From Paramecium tetraurelia (Eukaryota), in the NCBI GenBank assembly GCA_000165425.1, contig CT868650.1:310001-374000 (forward strand): a DNA stretch of 64,000 nt. Direction: 5' to 3'. The notes beneath the pieces are model-generated. The model did no database searches and was not told the DNA's origin. It saw only the letters and a program-made list of their open reading frames with translations. The position numbers and the translations under genes are program-made. Positions 38,984 to 51,548 of the stretch are shown piece after piece (within the stretch, counting starts at the first letter, position 1; each line of letters starts with the position of its first letter).

Positions 38984-39956
38984 ATGAGCAAAGATCTTGT
39001 GAATCTCAAGGGAAATTCAGTTTAATTAAAAATGGATATGCCAATCGAATAATTTCGATATTTTACGAGCATTATTTAAAATAATATAATAAATGAATGG
39101 ATTACCACAAAAAAAGTTGACAAAATTAGTATTAATAAAAATATTGTTTAGAGGAAAAACTCCAATAATTTATAAGTAATACATATTAATCTGAGTACAT
39201 CATCATTATAGCTGTTAAACCAGCATATAATTTATCGCACAAAAAAAATAGATATTTAATGATTAAAATTGAAGATATAACAATATTCATCTATCAAGCA
39301 AAACCCGTTGATTATTTTCAATTTAGTCAAATAAAACAAATATAGAATAAGTTGCAAGGCATAGCAAAGGAAAACAACGTTTCAGAATCAATATTGGTTT
39401 CATAAAAGAATATATCAGAAGAAGAAATGGAGAGTTTGTAAAAGGTGAAGCAATGCATAAATGACATTATCATATTAGATTATGAGAATTGGGAAACTGA
39501 TTTAGTGGTTGCTGCAAAGGGCAAATTGCATTAATTATTTCAAACAGGGTTTTGGCATATATTTTGTGCTAAAAGAATCACCACAATGGTAGATTCAAAA
39601 ACCAATGAGAGATATTTAGAATACTAATTTGATAAAAAGAATTCATAATACAAATTAATTGCTTTCCAGAAAAAAGGACCAAACTTCAATTTATTAGAGT
39701 ATTTAATCAATATCATTCTAGAAAAGTAAAGCTAAAGGTTAGGGAAATCATAAGTTTTACAGTTTTGTTTATATTTTTTGTGACTCTTACTACATGTAAG
39801 GATGAGACATCTGGAAAATAATACAAATATCAAATTTAGGAATAGTTTTGCTCACATCGATAAGAAGTTATAGGCTTTTGTGCAATAGTATTATTTGGTC
39901 TTGTTGCTTAAAGGATGATAGGTAAAAGAAATCAAAAGAAAAATAAAAAGCAGTGA
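38984..39956 (+). CDS. Tandem dynein-light-chain (LC8)-like domains with two C-terminal TM helices (308 aa)
   Basis: Introns 39129-39151 and 39699-39721 give a 927-nt CDS. Repeat 1 'DMPIEQFRYF...KEKLQQFISNTYQSEYIIIIA..YNLSHKKNRYLMIKIEDITIFIYQ'. Repeat 2 contains 'LHQLFQTGFWHIFCA'. TMs IISFTVLFIFFVTLTT and VIGFCAIVLFGLVA. Confidence 0.72.
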
Positions 39957-40036
39957 ATAGAATATGTATGTGAAATGTATTGATTACTTATCAACAATAA
40001 AAGTAAAATAATCTCAAACTTTCAAATACATAAAAT

Positions 40037-43000
40037 TCAATCATCTTCTAATCTTTTTTATAGTATTCCTTCTAATAATCTTTTATCAATAAGTTTCGTC
40101 AAAGCATCATCAAATCCTTGCTTGATTAAGTCCGTCTTTTTATCTTCAGTAAAGTCACTATCTATAGCTACTATAAATTATTTTGGAACTAAATATTTCT
40201 TTTCCATTTCTCTAATTTATTGTAAAATCTAAAATAATTCAAATACTAACCTCTAATCCATTTTTTTATGTAAAATTCATTTTAACTAAGACTATATGAT
40301 AAATTTTCTTTTCTTCAAATGATTTATCAAAACGTTTAAGTCCAGCATCAACTGTTCTATCGAATTCAACTTTAACTTTGAAATTGAATTTCATGGATGA
40401 TAATGCACTAAGCTATACACTTGAATCATCTAATATGTATATAGTGACAATAGGATAGTAGAATGCTTTTCTAAACTGAGGCTATTTGGAAGCTACTGGG
40501 ATGTCTTAGAACGAAGAAATTTTCTGAGGTATAGCAATTTAGTCTAGTTCTTTATGAATTTAATTTATTTTCTCTTATTAATCCATAATTGAGCAACTCT
40601 TAGTAATTGGTTTCCAAATTATTCCAGGAGGGGGATTTAGACGGCTTTCAATTAACTAAGCTAAATATTGTGGTTTTAAAGGTTTTTCTTAAACTTCATC
40701 AAAACCAGCTTGTATGCATGATTGCTTAAGAGTTTAGGATATATTGCTTTCAATACCAACAAAATACTGTTTAGGTAGGATATGTTAATTTTCTAGCTAT
40801 CTTATTTCTTAAATGAACTTAAAATATTTGATTATAGATTACTTAGATTCCATTCTTTTTTGGTAGATTAATTCTAACAATAATAAAATGATAAATTTTA
40901 TTTTTTTCAAACATAGACTTAATCTTTTGAGAAGCATCTGAGCATGTTATACTTTAATCAAACTAATGAGTTTATTTAACTTTGAAATCTAAACCATCTG
41001 TTGAATCATCCACTAATAAATATGTTAAGTTCTCCTTGTAATATTATTTTAAATCAATAGTTTCCTACTGTTTGATTTCCTCTGATTGGTTTTCAATCTC
41101 ATTTATTGTTACCGACTTTTACACTTTGAAGCAAGGGGATTTCTCAGATCCTTGAGTTTAAACTGGTTGAACAATAACTCCAAAGGAAGTTTAGGATTTT
41201 TGTAATATAGGATCCTCTTAGTTAGAAGGAATATATTTCATAGAATTCTTGAGATCATCAGTAATCTCATCAGGCTTGAATTAATCGCTTTATTCTAGTT
41301 GTTGTACTTTTGAATCATTCTCTCTAAGATTTCTTAATAATTATGTTCCTTATTATCTTTTGGTTTGTTAGACGGAGTTCATTTATTATGATTAAGTTGT
41401 TGATGAAGGTTATGATCCAAAATTCTATGATGTTTATAGAGGCATTTGTTTAATAGCAATCTACTTAAACAAAGATTGATTAGGATGTTATGATGGTTAC
41501 TACTATTGTTATTAATTAGTATTGGTTTCTCTCTTTTCAGGGATGGTAGTTCGAAATTATTATAAATTTGGTACACTTGTATTTCTTTAATTTTATTGTT
41601 AGGCCGATGAATCTAATAATAATTATTGAACAAATACTGCTGGGAGATGTTTCAAATGACTTTTGTTTATGCTTCGAATTTCTAAATTGAACATTGATTC
41701 TTTTCCCTTTAAAAGTCATGATTTCCGATAAAACTTACTCTAAGACCTTGGATACAGCCTTTTCTACTGAATGCATTTAAGTATTGATCCTATCTTCGAT
41801 ATCAAAAGTAGCAACATCCGCTTAGTTCAAAGATGATGGTTTATTAATAGGCGACAAGTTAGGACTTACTATTTTATTGGATTCCAATTTCTCCTCTTCA
41901 CTTACAACATTAGGTCGATAAGTAAATTCAAAACATTTGCAAATTTAAAATGGCTTCTATTCACTTAGAGAAGTTTGAACCTTTACGGTTTCCTCATTAA
42001 CCCTTGAGGCTGGCTGGGGAGCTATCCTTTATGTAGAGGAGATCTTCTTTGTGGATTTAATTCTGAAAGCCTAAAATATCTCGTTATTTATTGAATAGAT
42101 TTTGGATTGAGTATCCAACTTACCCATGCTGATATAATGATCTAAGAGAACTGACTAATATTCATTTGTCAATCGCATTGGAATATTCATTTGAATCTTA
42201 ATATTATCCAATCTCTCACATACTTCTATTTGACCTTCTATCTAGTAAATCTAATGCAAAATATGGATAAATGAAGTGTATGATAAGTCTTCTTCTTGTA
42301 ATTGCTACAACCTAAAGTCATAGCTTTTTAGTCCTTCAAAGTCGAATCTCTGAAACAACATTTCTAATTCTTGGATTTGATTATGATAATCTATCTATAT
42401 TGTCACCTGCAATTCATTGCCTTTAGATATTGTAAATGAAATCAAAGAGAAATTATTCACCTCTCGTTGTACTTACTTTTCACTTTATTGGACCAATTAC
42501 CTCTAAGATGGAAATCCTTACATCATCTACTTTCGATTATGTTCTTGATAGATATAAGAAATCAATTAGGTTAAAATACTGTGCAACTTTACTATATCTA
42601 TAAATGCTTGGTCAGGAACATCATTCTCTATTTTTACATTAGGATCTGTTTTGTAGATTATTTGTAAACAATCAGCAAAAAATTTAAAGTAATTTTTTAA
42701 ATTGCATACAATCTAATCAGACTTTTAGTAATCTGTATTGTTTAGCATGGGAAATAGAGACTACAGTAATTACTACTTCATTCTTTCTGGTTATTTCGAT
42801 AGAATCTCAGAAATCTATTAGATCTTCATTATTTATAAACTCTAAGATATTTTGTCGTAAATCAAGGATTAATCGTCTGATTTCTCAATAAATATTGCTT
42901 CCACAATAGAGTTTTTATTGAAAACCTATTTTCGCAAATGGCAACAGATTGGTATAGGATGACCTTAAAATGCAAATGAGACTATTATTGGATCTGTGGA

Positions 43001-43873
43001 TTCTAAAGTTTCCTCGAAAACCTTCTAGAATTTTGCTTAGTCCCCCTCCATTAGAATTAAATCACTATACTTTTAAACAGATTCCAAATTATATTTTTTT
43101 GATACTAAATCAATTGATTTTGGTAAATATTTATATGAAATTGAGTTTTAAAATTACACTTCACCATTTGAATTGAATAAGATAATTCCTATTGGTAATT
43201 CATAGAGCAGTTTTTCGATCATTTAGTTATTCTTTTTCATCTTTTCATTATTGATCCAAATATTTTTATAAGCATAAGAATAGGAAGTAACAATCAGAAG
43301 TTGTATTATTTAATAAAATATCATGGAGGTCAGTAATACTATAATTTTAAAAGTACTACAATAATATAAAAAATTACTTATAATCCTTGATTATGTACCA
43401 TCTGATGATTGTTATTGATGAAATTTTTAAAATATTCTAAAAAATCATGCTAAACTAATCATACTAAAACAGCATAGATTTTGAAGTTTAAATTCCTATC
43501 TACAATGCGAGTCTTATAATGAACTCATTATCATTTTCTCTATTGAAGTGTTACATAGAAATCAAAACAATCACATCAATTAGGTGATTTAACAGAATTT
43601 AAACTTTACGCAATTTTTATTTGATTGTTAACAGTAAATGCATTATCACTAAAATAAGGCAAAAAACAGGTATTTTGTTATCATTAGTTCTTAAAATGAA
43701 CCTAATTATTATTATTGACAGGACATTAATAAAATTGTAATAATAGTCCTTAATTGTGTTATGCTTTAATAGATGTTTATTAAAGAACTATGCAATCTTT
43801 TAATCGTGGATAAATGTCAGACGATCCGAACTTATTATAGCTTGTATTATTCATCTCCAAAATTATTATACAT
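40037..43873 (-). CDS. Degenerate hybrid histidine-kinase-like protein: N-terminal TMs, PAS-like, pseudo-HK/HATPase, two pseudo-receiver domains
   Basis: PAS-like 'LLYELPIGIILFNSNGEVQFQN'. HATPase-like 'KIENDVPDQAFIDIVKLHSILTQLI' and 'ILHQIYQIEGQIEV...IQMNIP'. REC1 'YLLVDDS...FIIVRINLP...CIQAGFDEVQEKP'. REC2 'IYILDDS...IVLVKMNF..NGLEILQQIR...GFDDALTK'. TGA 40037-40039. Confidence 0.82.
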
Positions 43874-44074
43874 TTTATTATATATTAATAATAAATTAGA
43901 TAAGGATGATGAAAACCTGTCGAAATAAGTTTGATTCATAAAAATGTAAAATGCCAATACTCATTTATTTTTTCATATTAAACATCAATTTCATTTGAAA
44001 TAAATCGTATTGGCTTATATTAAGATTTTTCTCAATTAATTAATTTAATATATTCCTTTAGAGCTTTAGAGGAA

Positions 44075-44799
44075 ATGTTTACAGAACTTGCATATAACGC
44101 TTCTAAGCGAATAAATTAAATATAGATGGATTTACAGACAAGGGAAAAACTTAAATAATCAAGCAAATCGACAGGTCTTATAGATGCAGAGATAAATTCA
44201 ACTTTGAAATATTTAGGTTAGTATCAGATCTTGATCTAGATAATGAATTGGATTAACTGGATCAAGAAATTAAAGGATACACGGCTAATTAGAATTGCAA
44301 TCTGTTAGCAAAGGAAATTTAGAAAAGGAGAAACTTATATAATGAATTAGCTTAAAAACGATAAGATATAAAAAAACGAATTGAATTAAATCACATGGCC
44401 CATTTATAGCAATAGTTGATTCAAAACAAATGTATATTTAAGTTGTAATTTAAGAAAAGAAAAATAATTACGAAAACTTTGGGTAAATAGATGCTCTTAA
44501 GATGCATGGAGAAATAACTGAAAGATAGGATGAATATTTATCAAAAATTAATGATAAAGTCCTTAATATCAAATATTCATCATAAAATTTAAGTAAGTAA
44601 ATAAAGGAATAAAATGGAATGATAGATTAATTACACGAAGAAGTAATATTTTATTTAAAATTAGACTGATTCTGCTAATTAAGCAATGAATAGATTGAAA
44701 AATAAAATGAATTATTTTTTAGATAATTCCAGTTCATGGAAACTATTAATAATATTATTTTTTGAAATATTCGTGTTTATTTTTGTAGTAGTTATCTGA
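44075..44799 (+). CDS. Qc-SNARE (syntaxin-6/8, SYP5-like)
   Basis: Helical N-terminus, SNARE motif 'ERQDEYLSKINDKVLNIKYSSQNLSKQIKEQNGMIDQLHEETDSANQAMNRLKNKMNYFL', C-terminal TM 'LLIILFFEIFVFIFVVVI*'. Three introns. Start uncertain. Confidence 0.85.
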
Positions 44800-44842
44800 T
44801 TAATTTATGTATAAGTTATAATACATTCTTTTACAGAATACT

Positions 44843-45539
44843 TCATTTATGGGGTGATATATTTTTAGATATAACATATGACTGTTCATCTTCTGGTTTA
44901 GCTTCTTTTATTTGCGGTTATTAAAGGCTATGAATTTAATTTTAGTAAACATGATTATAATAAGTTTAAGGTTGCTATTTTATATCTCTCTCATTTTTTG
45001 AAGTTGATCTCTATCTTAATCTGTTATTGATCCTTTATTATTGATCGTTTATTTCATTAGATATAAGCTGAAATAGAATTATTACAATGTACTTTTTATA
45101 ACTTCAAATGATTTTATTTGTCCTATTGAATGTTTGTTATTAATTATTGGACTTAGTTTTTTCCGTCAGGCTCTATTTTTTAGAGTAATTTTTCTTGAAT
45201 AGATGGGTAATGCATTTCTACTTTTTTTGATTTTTCTTATAATAGGTTGGGATGACTCATCAACCAATGTAGTTTATATTTAAAATATTCCTATTTTCGA
45301 TCCTATAATGATTCATAGTATTCAACTCCTTTCTAAATATTTTTCTATAACTACTTTACCATATACAATTAAACCAAATGGTTCAAAGCATCTAGATTAG
45401 TAAAATTGCTCAACACAAAATTGATGTCATGTTACAATATCTGTTCAGCAAATCCTTAAGGTAGATCTTTTTCTGAAGCAGAAGAGTCAGAAAACTAAAT
45501 AGCATTAATTTATACTAATTTGCTGATTATACGAGACAT
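44843..45539 (-). CDS. Hypothetical protein
   Basis: ATG 45539 with introns giving 'DLPQGFAEQILQHD...LVQLYMKGVEYYESLQDRKQEYFKYKLHWLMSHP'. TGA 44843-44845. Confidence 0.72.
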
Positions 45540-45629
45540 GTGTAATAAAAATTAAATTATGAAAGTGATATTAAGCAAAACTTAGGGTTTAAATAAAAAA
45601 ATAAATATTATTGGATAGTAATATCTCAT

Positions 45630-46823
45630 TCAATGACGATAACAAGTATTTTAGTATTGAACATTCTCGAACTTAAAAAAATCAGCAGCAAGCTATAACA
45701 TTACTAAATAAATACTTTGATTAGTTTTGCATTTTTCAATACACTTTAACAGAAATCTTCAAAATTCATTATTTTGAAATCGTTTTTCTGGAAATGTAAT
45801 CTCAGTTCGACAATCAGTTAATAATTGAACTTTTCATATGGAATATTGCGTGCATCAGCAAGATTATTTGATTCAATTAATGTAAATAATTTGGCTACTA
45901 CTCTTTCATCCAAATCTTTTGTTGCTTAATATAATGAATTTTCCTCTTAGGTTGAAGTGTAAGGACTATCATTCTTAAACTAACTCTCTTCAGAAAATGA
46001 TACATTTGGAGAATCTTATGTTTTTGGTAACTAAGTTACACTCTCTTCATTCTCCAAAATAGAAATCTTCACTTCCTTTTTTGGTATTAAAAACTCAAAT
46101 GATTTATTTTAATACAATTAATTGAGTCTTGGACTTTTTAATTAGACTTGCTTTTATTGAGTTGGCTAAACGTAAAATTAATTTTAATTTTATTGTGGAC
46201 TCTTACTCTTATTAGTTGAATAATTGTTATTAATTTTTGGTTTAAATGTGAGATTCGGATCTTTTTACTTTTATAATTAATCATATTCTCTTTTTTATTA
46301 TTTGAAATTGTTAATTTGTTTAGCTTATTAATAAAGTCTTTCATGAATGTTCATATCATCGGTTTGGAATCTTTTATTTCTTGATAGATTTCTTTCTGAT
46401 TTTAAATTAGCCTATAAAGACTTTTCTGGAGTGCATCGTTTAGTTTGCAAATTTCGAGTTGGTGTAGCTTGCTGATTTTCCTTGTTTTGTTATTATTTTT
46501 TAACAGTTTCCCATTGCGAAAGAGGTTACTTCTCCTTTTCTTATTTCTATATTGTAAATGACAATACTTACTTTCATTTAGTCATACATCAGCATTTATT
46601 ATATGATGTTTTATTTGAGTGGTTCAATGTAAGCCATACTTAAGTAGTTATCTGTAACAAAGTTAGATGCCAATATTTCTGGATTAGAATCCTCATATAT
46701 GTTAATTTGACTGTATTTATTATCATCCAGTTCAATCGTCAGAGTTATTAAAGGTTCGCAGTGTATTTTAGTTTCAGATGTTTATTTTTATAAGTATTTC
46801 TTCATAAAGGTAAATTAGCTCAT
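45630..46823 (-). CDS. Hypothetical protein (possible cytoskeletal, degenerate EF-hand-like C-terminus)
   Basis: N-terminal 'PLITLTIELDDNKYSQINIYEDSNPEILASNFVTDNYL', low-complexity middle, C-terminal 'MNFEDFCQSV'. 3' end approximate. Confidence 0.68.
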
Positions 46824-47175
46824 TAACGAATATTTTTTTATTTACTAAAAATTATTATGTAATTCTCAGAATTAATTACTAATAATCATACAATTCTAAA
46901 CTTTTGATTTCTCTTTCTCTTGATATTTTATTCATATCTGTCAATCAATTCGGTTGCCTGTGTGTAATATTCCATATCTATGGTAAAATAAATGGAATAA
47001 TTTAACATGAATAAGGAATATTTTCAATAAAATGCGAGAATTGAATATAGTTTGTGATTTGATACTATAATAGATGTTTTGTTTTCACAATTTATATTGA
47101 TAATGAATTACCTATTAAATATTGTTATTAATTATATATTTATATAAGCATTTTTAGCATCCTCGTAATAAGAAA

Positions 47176-48965
47176 ATGTAGAACTTTAACAATGTCATTG
47201 ATTATCTAAAGGGAGAAGTATTGGATAGAGAGGAGGAGTGGAAAAGAGAAAGACAAGAATATTAAGTATGATTATGATGATATGAAACAGACTGCAATCA
47301 TTGAATTGAAGGGATAATTGGAGGAATAGAGGAATCTGAACAAACAACTAATTGAGAGGCTTGAAAAATTGGAGTAATTTAAGGTTTCTTTAAAACCAAT
47401 TACAGATAATATAAAGCTGTAAAATAAAAAAAAATTTCATCATCGAGTAAAAAGTGACAATGGCACATTTTTAAAGAGCGAAATGAATGATTAAAAGTTA
47501 ATAACTCAACCAAACATCGAGAAGATATTGTAAAAGGATAAGAAACCCCTTCTACAAAAGTAATGAATCTAATAAATTTAGCTTTCTTAAAGAATTGAAG
47601 AATGAAGACATTCAAGAGGATTAAGTTTAAAATTAGATATAAATTCATTCGCCTATAAATTTATAGCTACTGTAAAGTGCAAAAATAAATTAAATTTTGA
47701 TAAATTAGAATACTTATAATACCTGTTCAGCCAGATAAAAGCATCATCATCAAAGAAGCAACAGCAATGGAGCTTCAGAATTACTCAACTTTGCATTACA
47801 AAGGAAGAAGCAAACTCTGGAAACTAGTCAAAATGAGTTAAACAGTATGAGTATGACAGAGAGAGAAATAATTGTTGGGAAAGAGATCTTCTAAACTAAA
47901 GGGTAATTGAGGAGTCATCTGGATGGAGTAAGATCAATCTTATTTCAAAATAATTACATAGTCACTGCTTCTGAAGATTGCACTATCAAATTGTGGGATA
48001 TTAATGATGTGCAATAAATGAATGCGTAGACTCATTTAGAACCTATCTAAACAATTAGATGTACATCAATATCTCAATATTAAATAGAACATGATCGACC
48101 GATATTCACAATGACTTCGTACTTTAAGGCTCCTCAAATACATTTGTATTCTGCTGGAGTTGATGGGACTATACGAACCTACATAGCAACAACAAATCAA
48201 TGTTTTTCCTGGAGAGCCCATACGGATGTTATTTGGTCATTGAAACATCATCCTCATGATTAGAGATTGCTATCATCTTCTGCAGATGGATCTGTGAAAA
48301 TGTGGAAATCTCTGGGAGTTTGTTATCAATATGATCTAAATAGGAAGGGGAATTTAAATTTAGAGATGTTGCAGAATCCTTTGGCCAACTTCACATTCAA
48401 GAAATCAATGACTGGGTTATCCATACCAACAGCTATCGAATGGGTATGTAAGGGGTTTAATGAAAATATCATTTGTGGATATAGTGACACTTTAACCTTT
48501 ATAGTTTATGATGTTACTACTGTTAAAGCTATTTAATAAATTAGATTTGATCTTGACAATTAGTTCAACAACAATGCTTAACCTAACAGGATTCTATTTA
48601 ATAATGAGCTCAAATACATCGTTTCTGGTCATGATGATCACAAAATTAGATTTTTTGATTTGAATTCAAGCAAAGTCTGTAAGACTCTTATTGGCCATAC
48701 AGATGCTGTCACTGATTTATGTTTATTCTCAAAGAATGTATATCAATTGGCAAGTGTAAGTCATGATGGAAGTATGAGGACATGGGATATTCGAAAATTC
48801 TAATGTTTACACGAAATACCAGTAATTTGATGATTTGATTGTATTTAGGCCCATAAGTAGAAGTATGATGAAGGGATCTATACGATTGCAAGTAATAATT
48901 AATTTGTTGCGACTGGTGGAGCCGATGGAATAGTTAAAATATTCAATTACCAGAACGTAATATGA
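47176..48965 (+). CDS. STRN: Striatin-family protein (PP2A B''' / STRIPAK scaffold)
   Basis: N-terminal 'VIDYLKGEVLDREEEWKRERQEYQTAIIELKGQLEEQRNLNKQLIERLEKLE' parallels the striatin coiled coil. WD40 'LRSHLDGVRSI...VTASEDCTIKLWD', 'AHTDVIWSL', 'GHTDAVTDL', 'ATGGADGIVKIF'. TGA 48963-48965. Confidence 0.88.
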
Positions 48966-49101
48966 CTTCAATACATTAAATGATATTTATCATTTTGTTA
49001 TCATCTTTGATTAATTTTTTATTTTCATTTGTCTTAATGACTTAATATAAATTATTAGTAATGAAAATTATCTCATATTTTAAATAATATTTGGGTCAAG
49101 A

Positions 49102-50781
49102 ATGGATTTATCGAATTTTCGAATACGAACATAAATTATTGTGCTGTTTATTATTATTGTCATCATTGTGTTGACGATCGTTATTTTAAGCAATTTAACT
49201 CTTTTTAATTACATGAAAGATGCTTTTTTGTCTGATTCAATGAATGTACTAATAAAGGAAACTAACATTTAATTAACTAGTCAATCCGCCTTATATGATC
49301 AGAGATTGAAAACAATAATTAATCAGAGTATATTTTTAAATAATTCATTAGTTTTCAGAAAACAAAGGATGTTCTAAAACATATATTTATTTGTTGATGT
49401 TAATGAACAGATAATTCAAACTTAAACTCCATTTTATTGTCCTCCTAACATTTCATAAGCAGAATCTAAATCTTTCTTTTGCCTCATGGCATATTAATAT
49501 GATTTAACTAATTATACAAATCTATAAACTGAAATCAAAAAGTAATTTTAGGTCATTTCGATATTTCATGAAACCCTACCAATGTTTGACCAATCTCAAT
49601 TCATAGCAACTGGTATAGCTTATACAACAAATGATCAGGTTCCTATTTTAGGCACTTGGCCAGCCTTGAATTCAACTTTATCATATAATGCTCATTAGCG
49701 ATCTTGGTATTTAAGTCACTTAAAACAAATGGGAAATGGTAAATAATACCTCTTTAGTGATTTATTTACTACCATTCTTGGCTCATACACCATTGCAATA
49801 TCTCAAAACATTACTAATAAACACAATAATTTTGAAGGTGTTGTCTTTAATTTGATGGATTTCGGAGTCTTTAAAAAAAACTTTAATGCTGATTACATCT
49901 TAGCTAATAATAAAGGTTAGATTATCATAGGATAATTTAATTACCCTGAGAATACTACCAAACCTGTATTTTTTTTTAATGACTCAATTACTGGGTTCAA
50001 TCAAATTGATTGGGAATCGATATCCACATTAATTGATGGCAAATCGAATAAAGTTGATTTCAAATCTCTCAATAATTGCTCTTTAGATGTCTCAAATTAT
50101 TTATGTAGATATAATTCACTGTATCGCTAAGAAGTCCTTTTAATTGCAAAATAGCTTGAGTATCCTCCTTATCCTCCACATATTGTCATCATGTAATTAA
50201 TTCCATTATTTAAGATTCAAGAACATAACTGAACTTTACCAATAAGTAGATTTACTCAATTAGGACATATATGAGTTATTTGCTTGGGAGATTCAGAGAA
50301 ATATGCAAATTTTAGCTTTACTTGCAATTGGAATTATTCTACTGTTTTTAATTATCTTAAATTACATCACTAAATCTTTAGGCCTATTGATCAAATATTC
50401 AAAATTTTAATAGAATAATCTATAATATTTGAAGGCACACTAGGAAATGAATCAATAAATCGAAGCCATCACTAATTTGTATAACTTTAAATAAAACTAA
50501 TAATTGTACAAACTATCTGAAAATGCATTAGATCAATTGAATATGCAATATTTTCGTAAATCATCCAATATATTCTAGAATTGCTTTCAAAATTGAAGGG
50601 CTAGCAAGGTGAAGTAAAAAAATCTGAAGAATGTCTCCAAATGGAGTAAACATAATATCCTATGACTACATAATACTTAAAGTTTTAGAAAACATATTAT
50701 TTGCATGATTACCAAGCTAATATTGAAGACAACACTGTTAATCAGCTTATATATTATTTTTTAATTAAAAAGTAGAAATGA
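49102..50781 (+). CDS. Two-TM Cache-domain sensor-like protein
   Basis: TM1 'IIVLFIIIVIIVLTIVIL', Cache-like 'YNAHQRSWY...FSDLFTTILGSYTIAISQNI...FEGVV', TM2 'ILALLAIGIILLFLIIL', short cytoplasmic tail. TGA 50779-50781. Confidence 0.8.
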
Positions 50782-51548
50782 TGAATATTTTATTTATTTA
50801 AATTAGTTAGCTTCTATATTGCTAATATAATCATTCCAGAAATTACTTGCTTTATATCCAATCTCCTCGATGGATAATTAATAGTAAAATGAAAATTTAG
50901 AAATTCAAAGCAATAATAAAGAGGACAAATTACTATAATATTAAATAGTTTCAAATTATAAATAATTTAGAAAAAGTAATCATAGATTAACAAAGTTTAA
51001 TAATTGGCAAAATGTTTAGACCAATTTAGAATTAATTCATTCAAAAAAAATCGTGAAAAAAGTATGAACATTCAATTGAAAAACTCCTCTCCTCAAACTT
51101 AAATACATACGCTTATTTAATACAGAAATTATTAACTCATAAAAGGGAGGATTGGGATAAAGATTAGAATCAAATGGTTTAAGCTAAGTCGGTTACAAAA
51201 TTTAGCTGCTTCTTCTAGTGATTCGAGTAAATAAAATGGAGTTTTTAGATATTAAATATCAAAGTTTGATGTGTAGCCCTAATACTTTGATAATATTCGG
51301 TTATTTTGCAGAAATAATTATTTGATTGTTCAATAAATAAAATTTTTAAGTTATATGGTTTTTAACAAACTCGTAAGAACTCAAAAAGACACTTCCTAAT
51401 AATATTAAGACAAAGTTCCTAACTCTTTGGTTATCCTATCCAATTATACATTTTCAATTTGTTGAAAGGACCTTGTCAAATGAAGGATCAAGAGTTTTTT
51501 AAATAGTTGTCTCTTTATTAATAATTTATATTTATTTATATATAATAA

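Noticed and set aside
45580..45592. TTAGGGTTT telomere-like word
   Set aside because: Single copy. No tandem G3T3/G4T2 array, so no chromosome end or telomere addition site can be supported.
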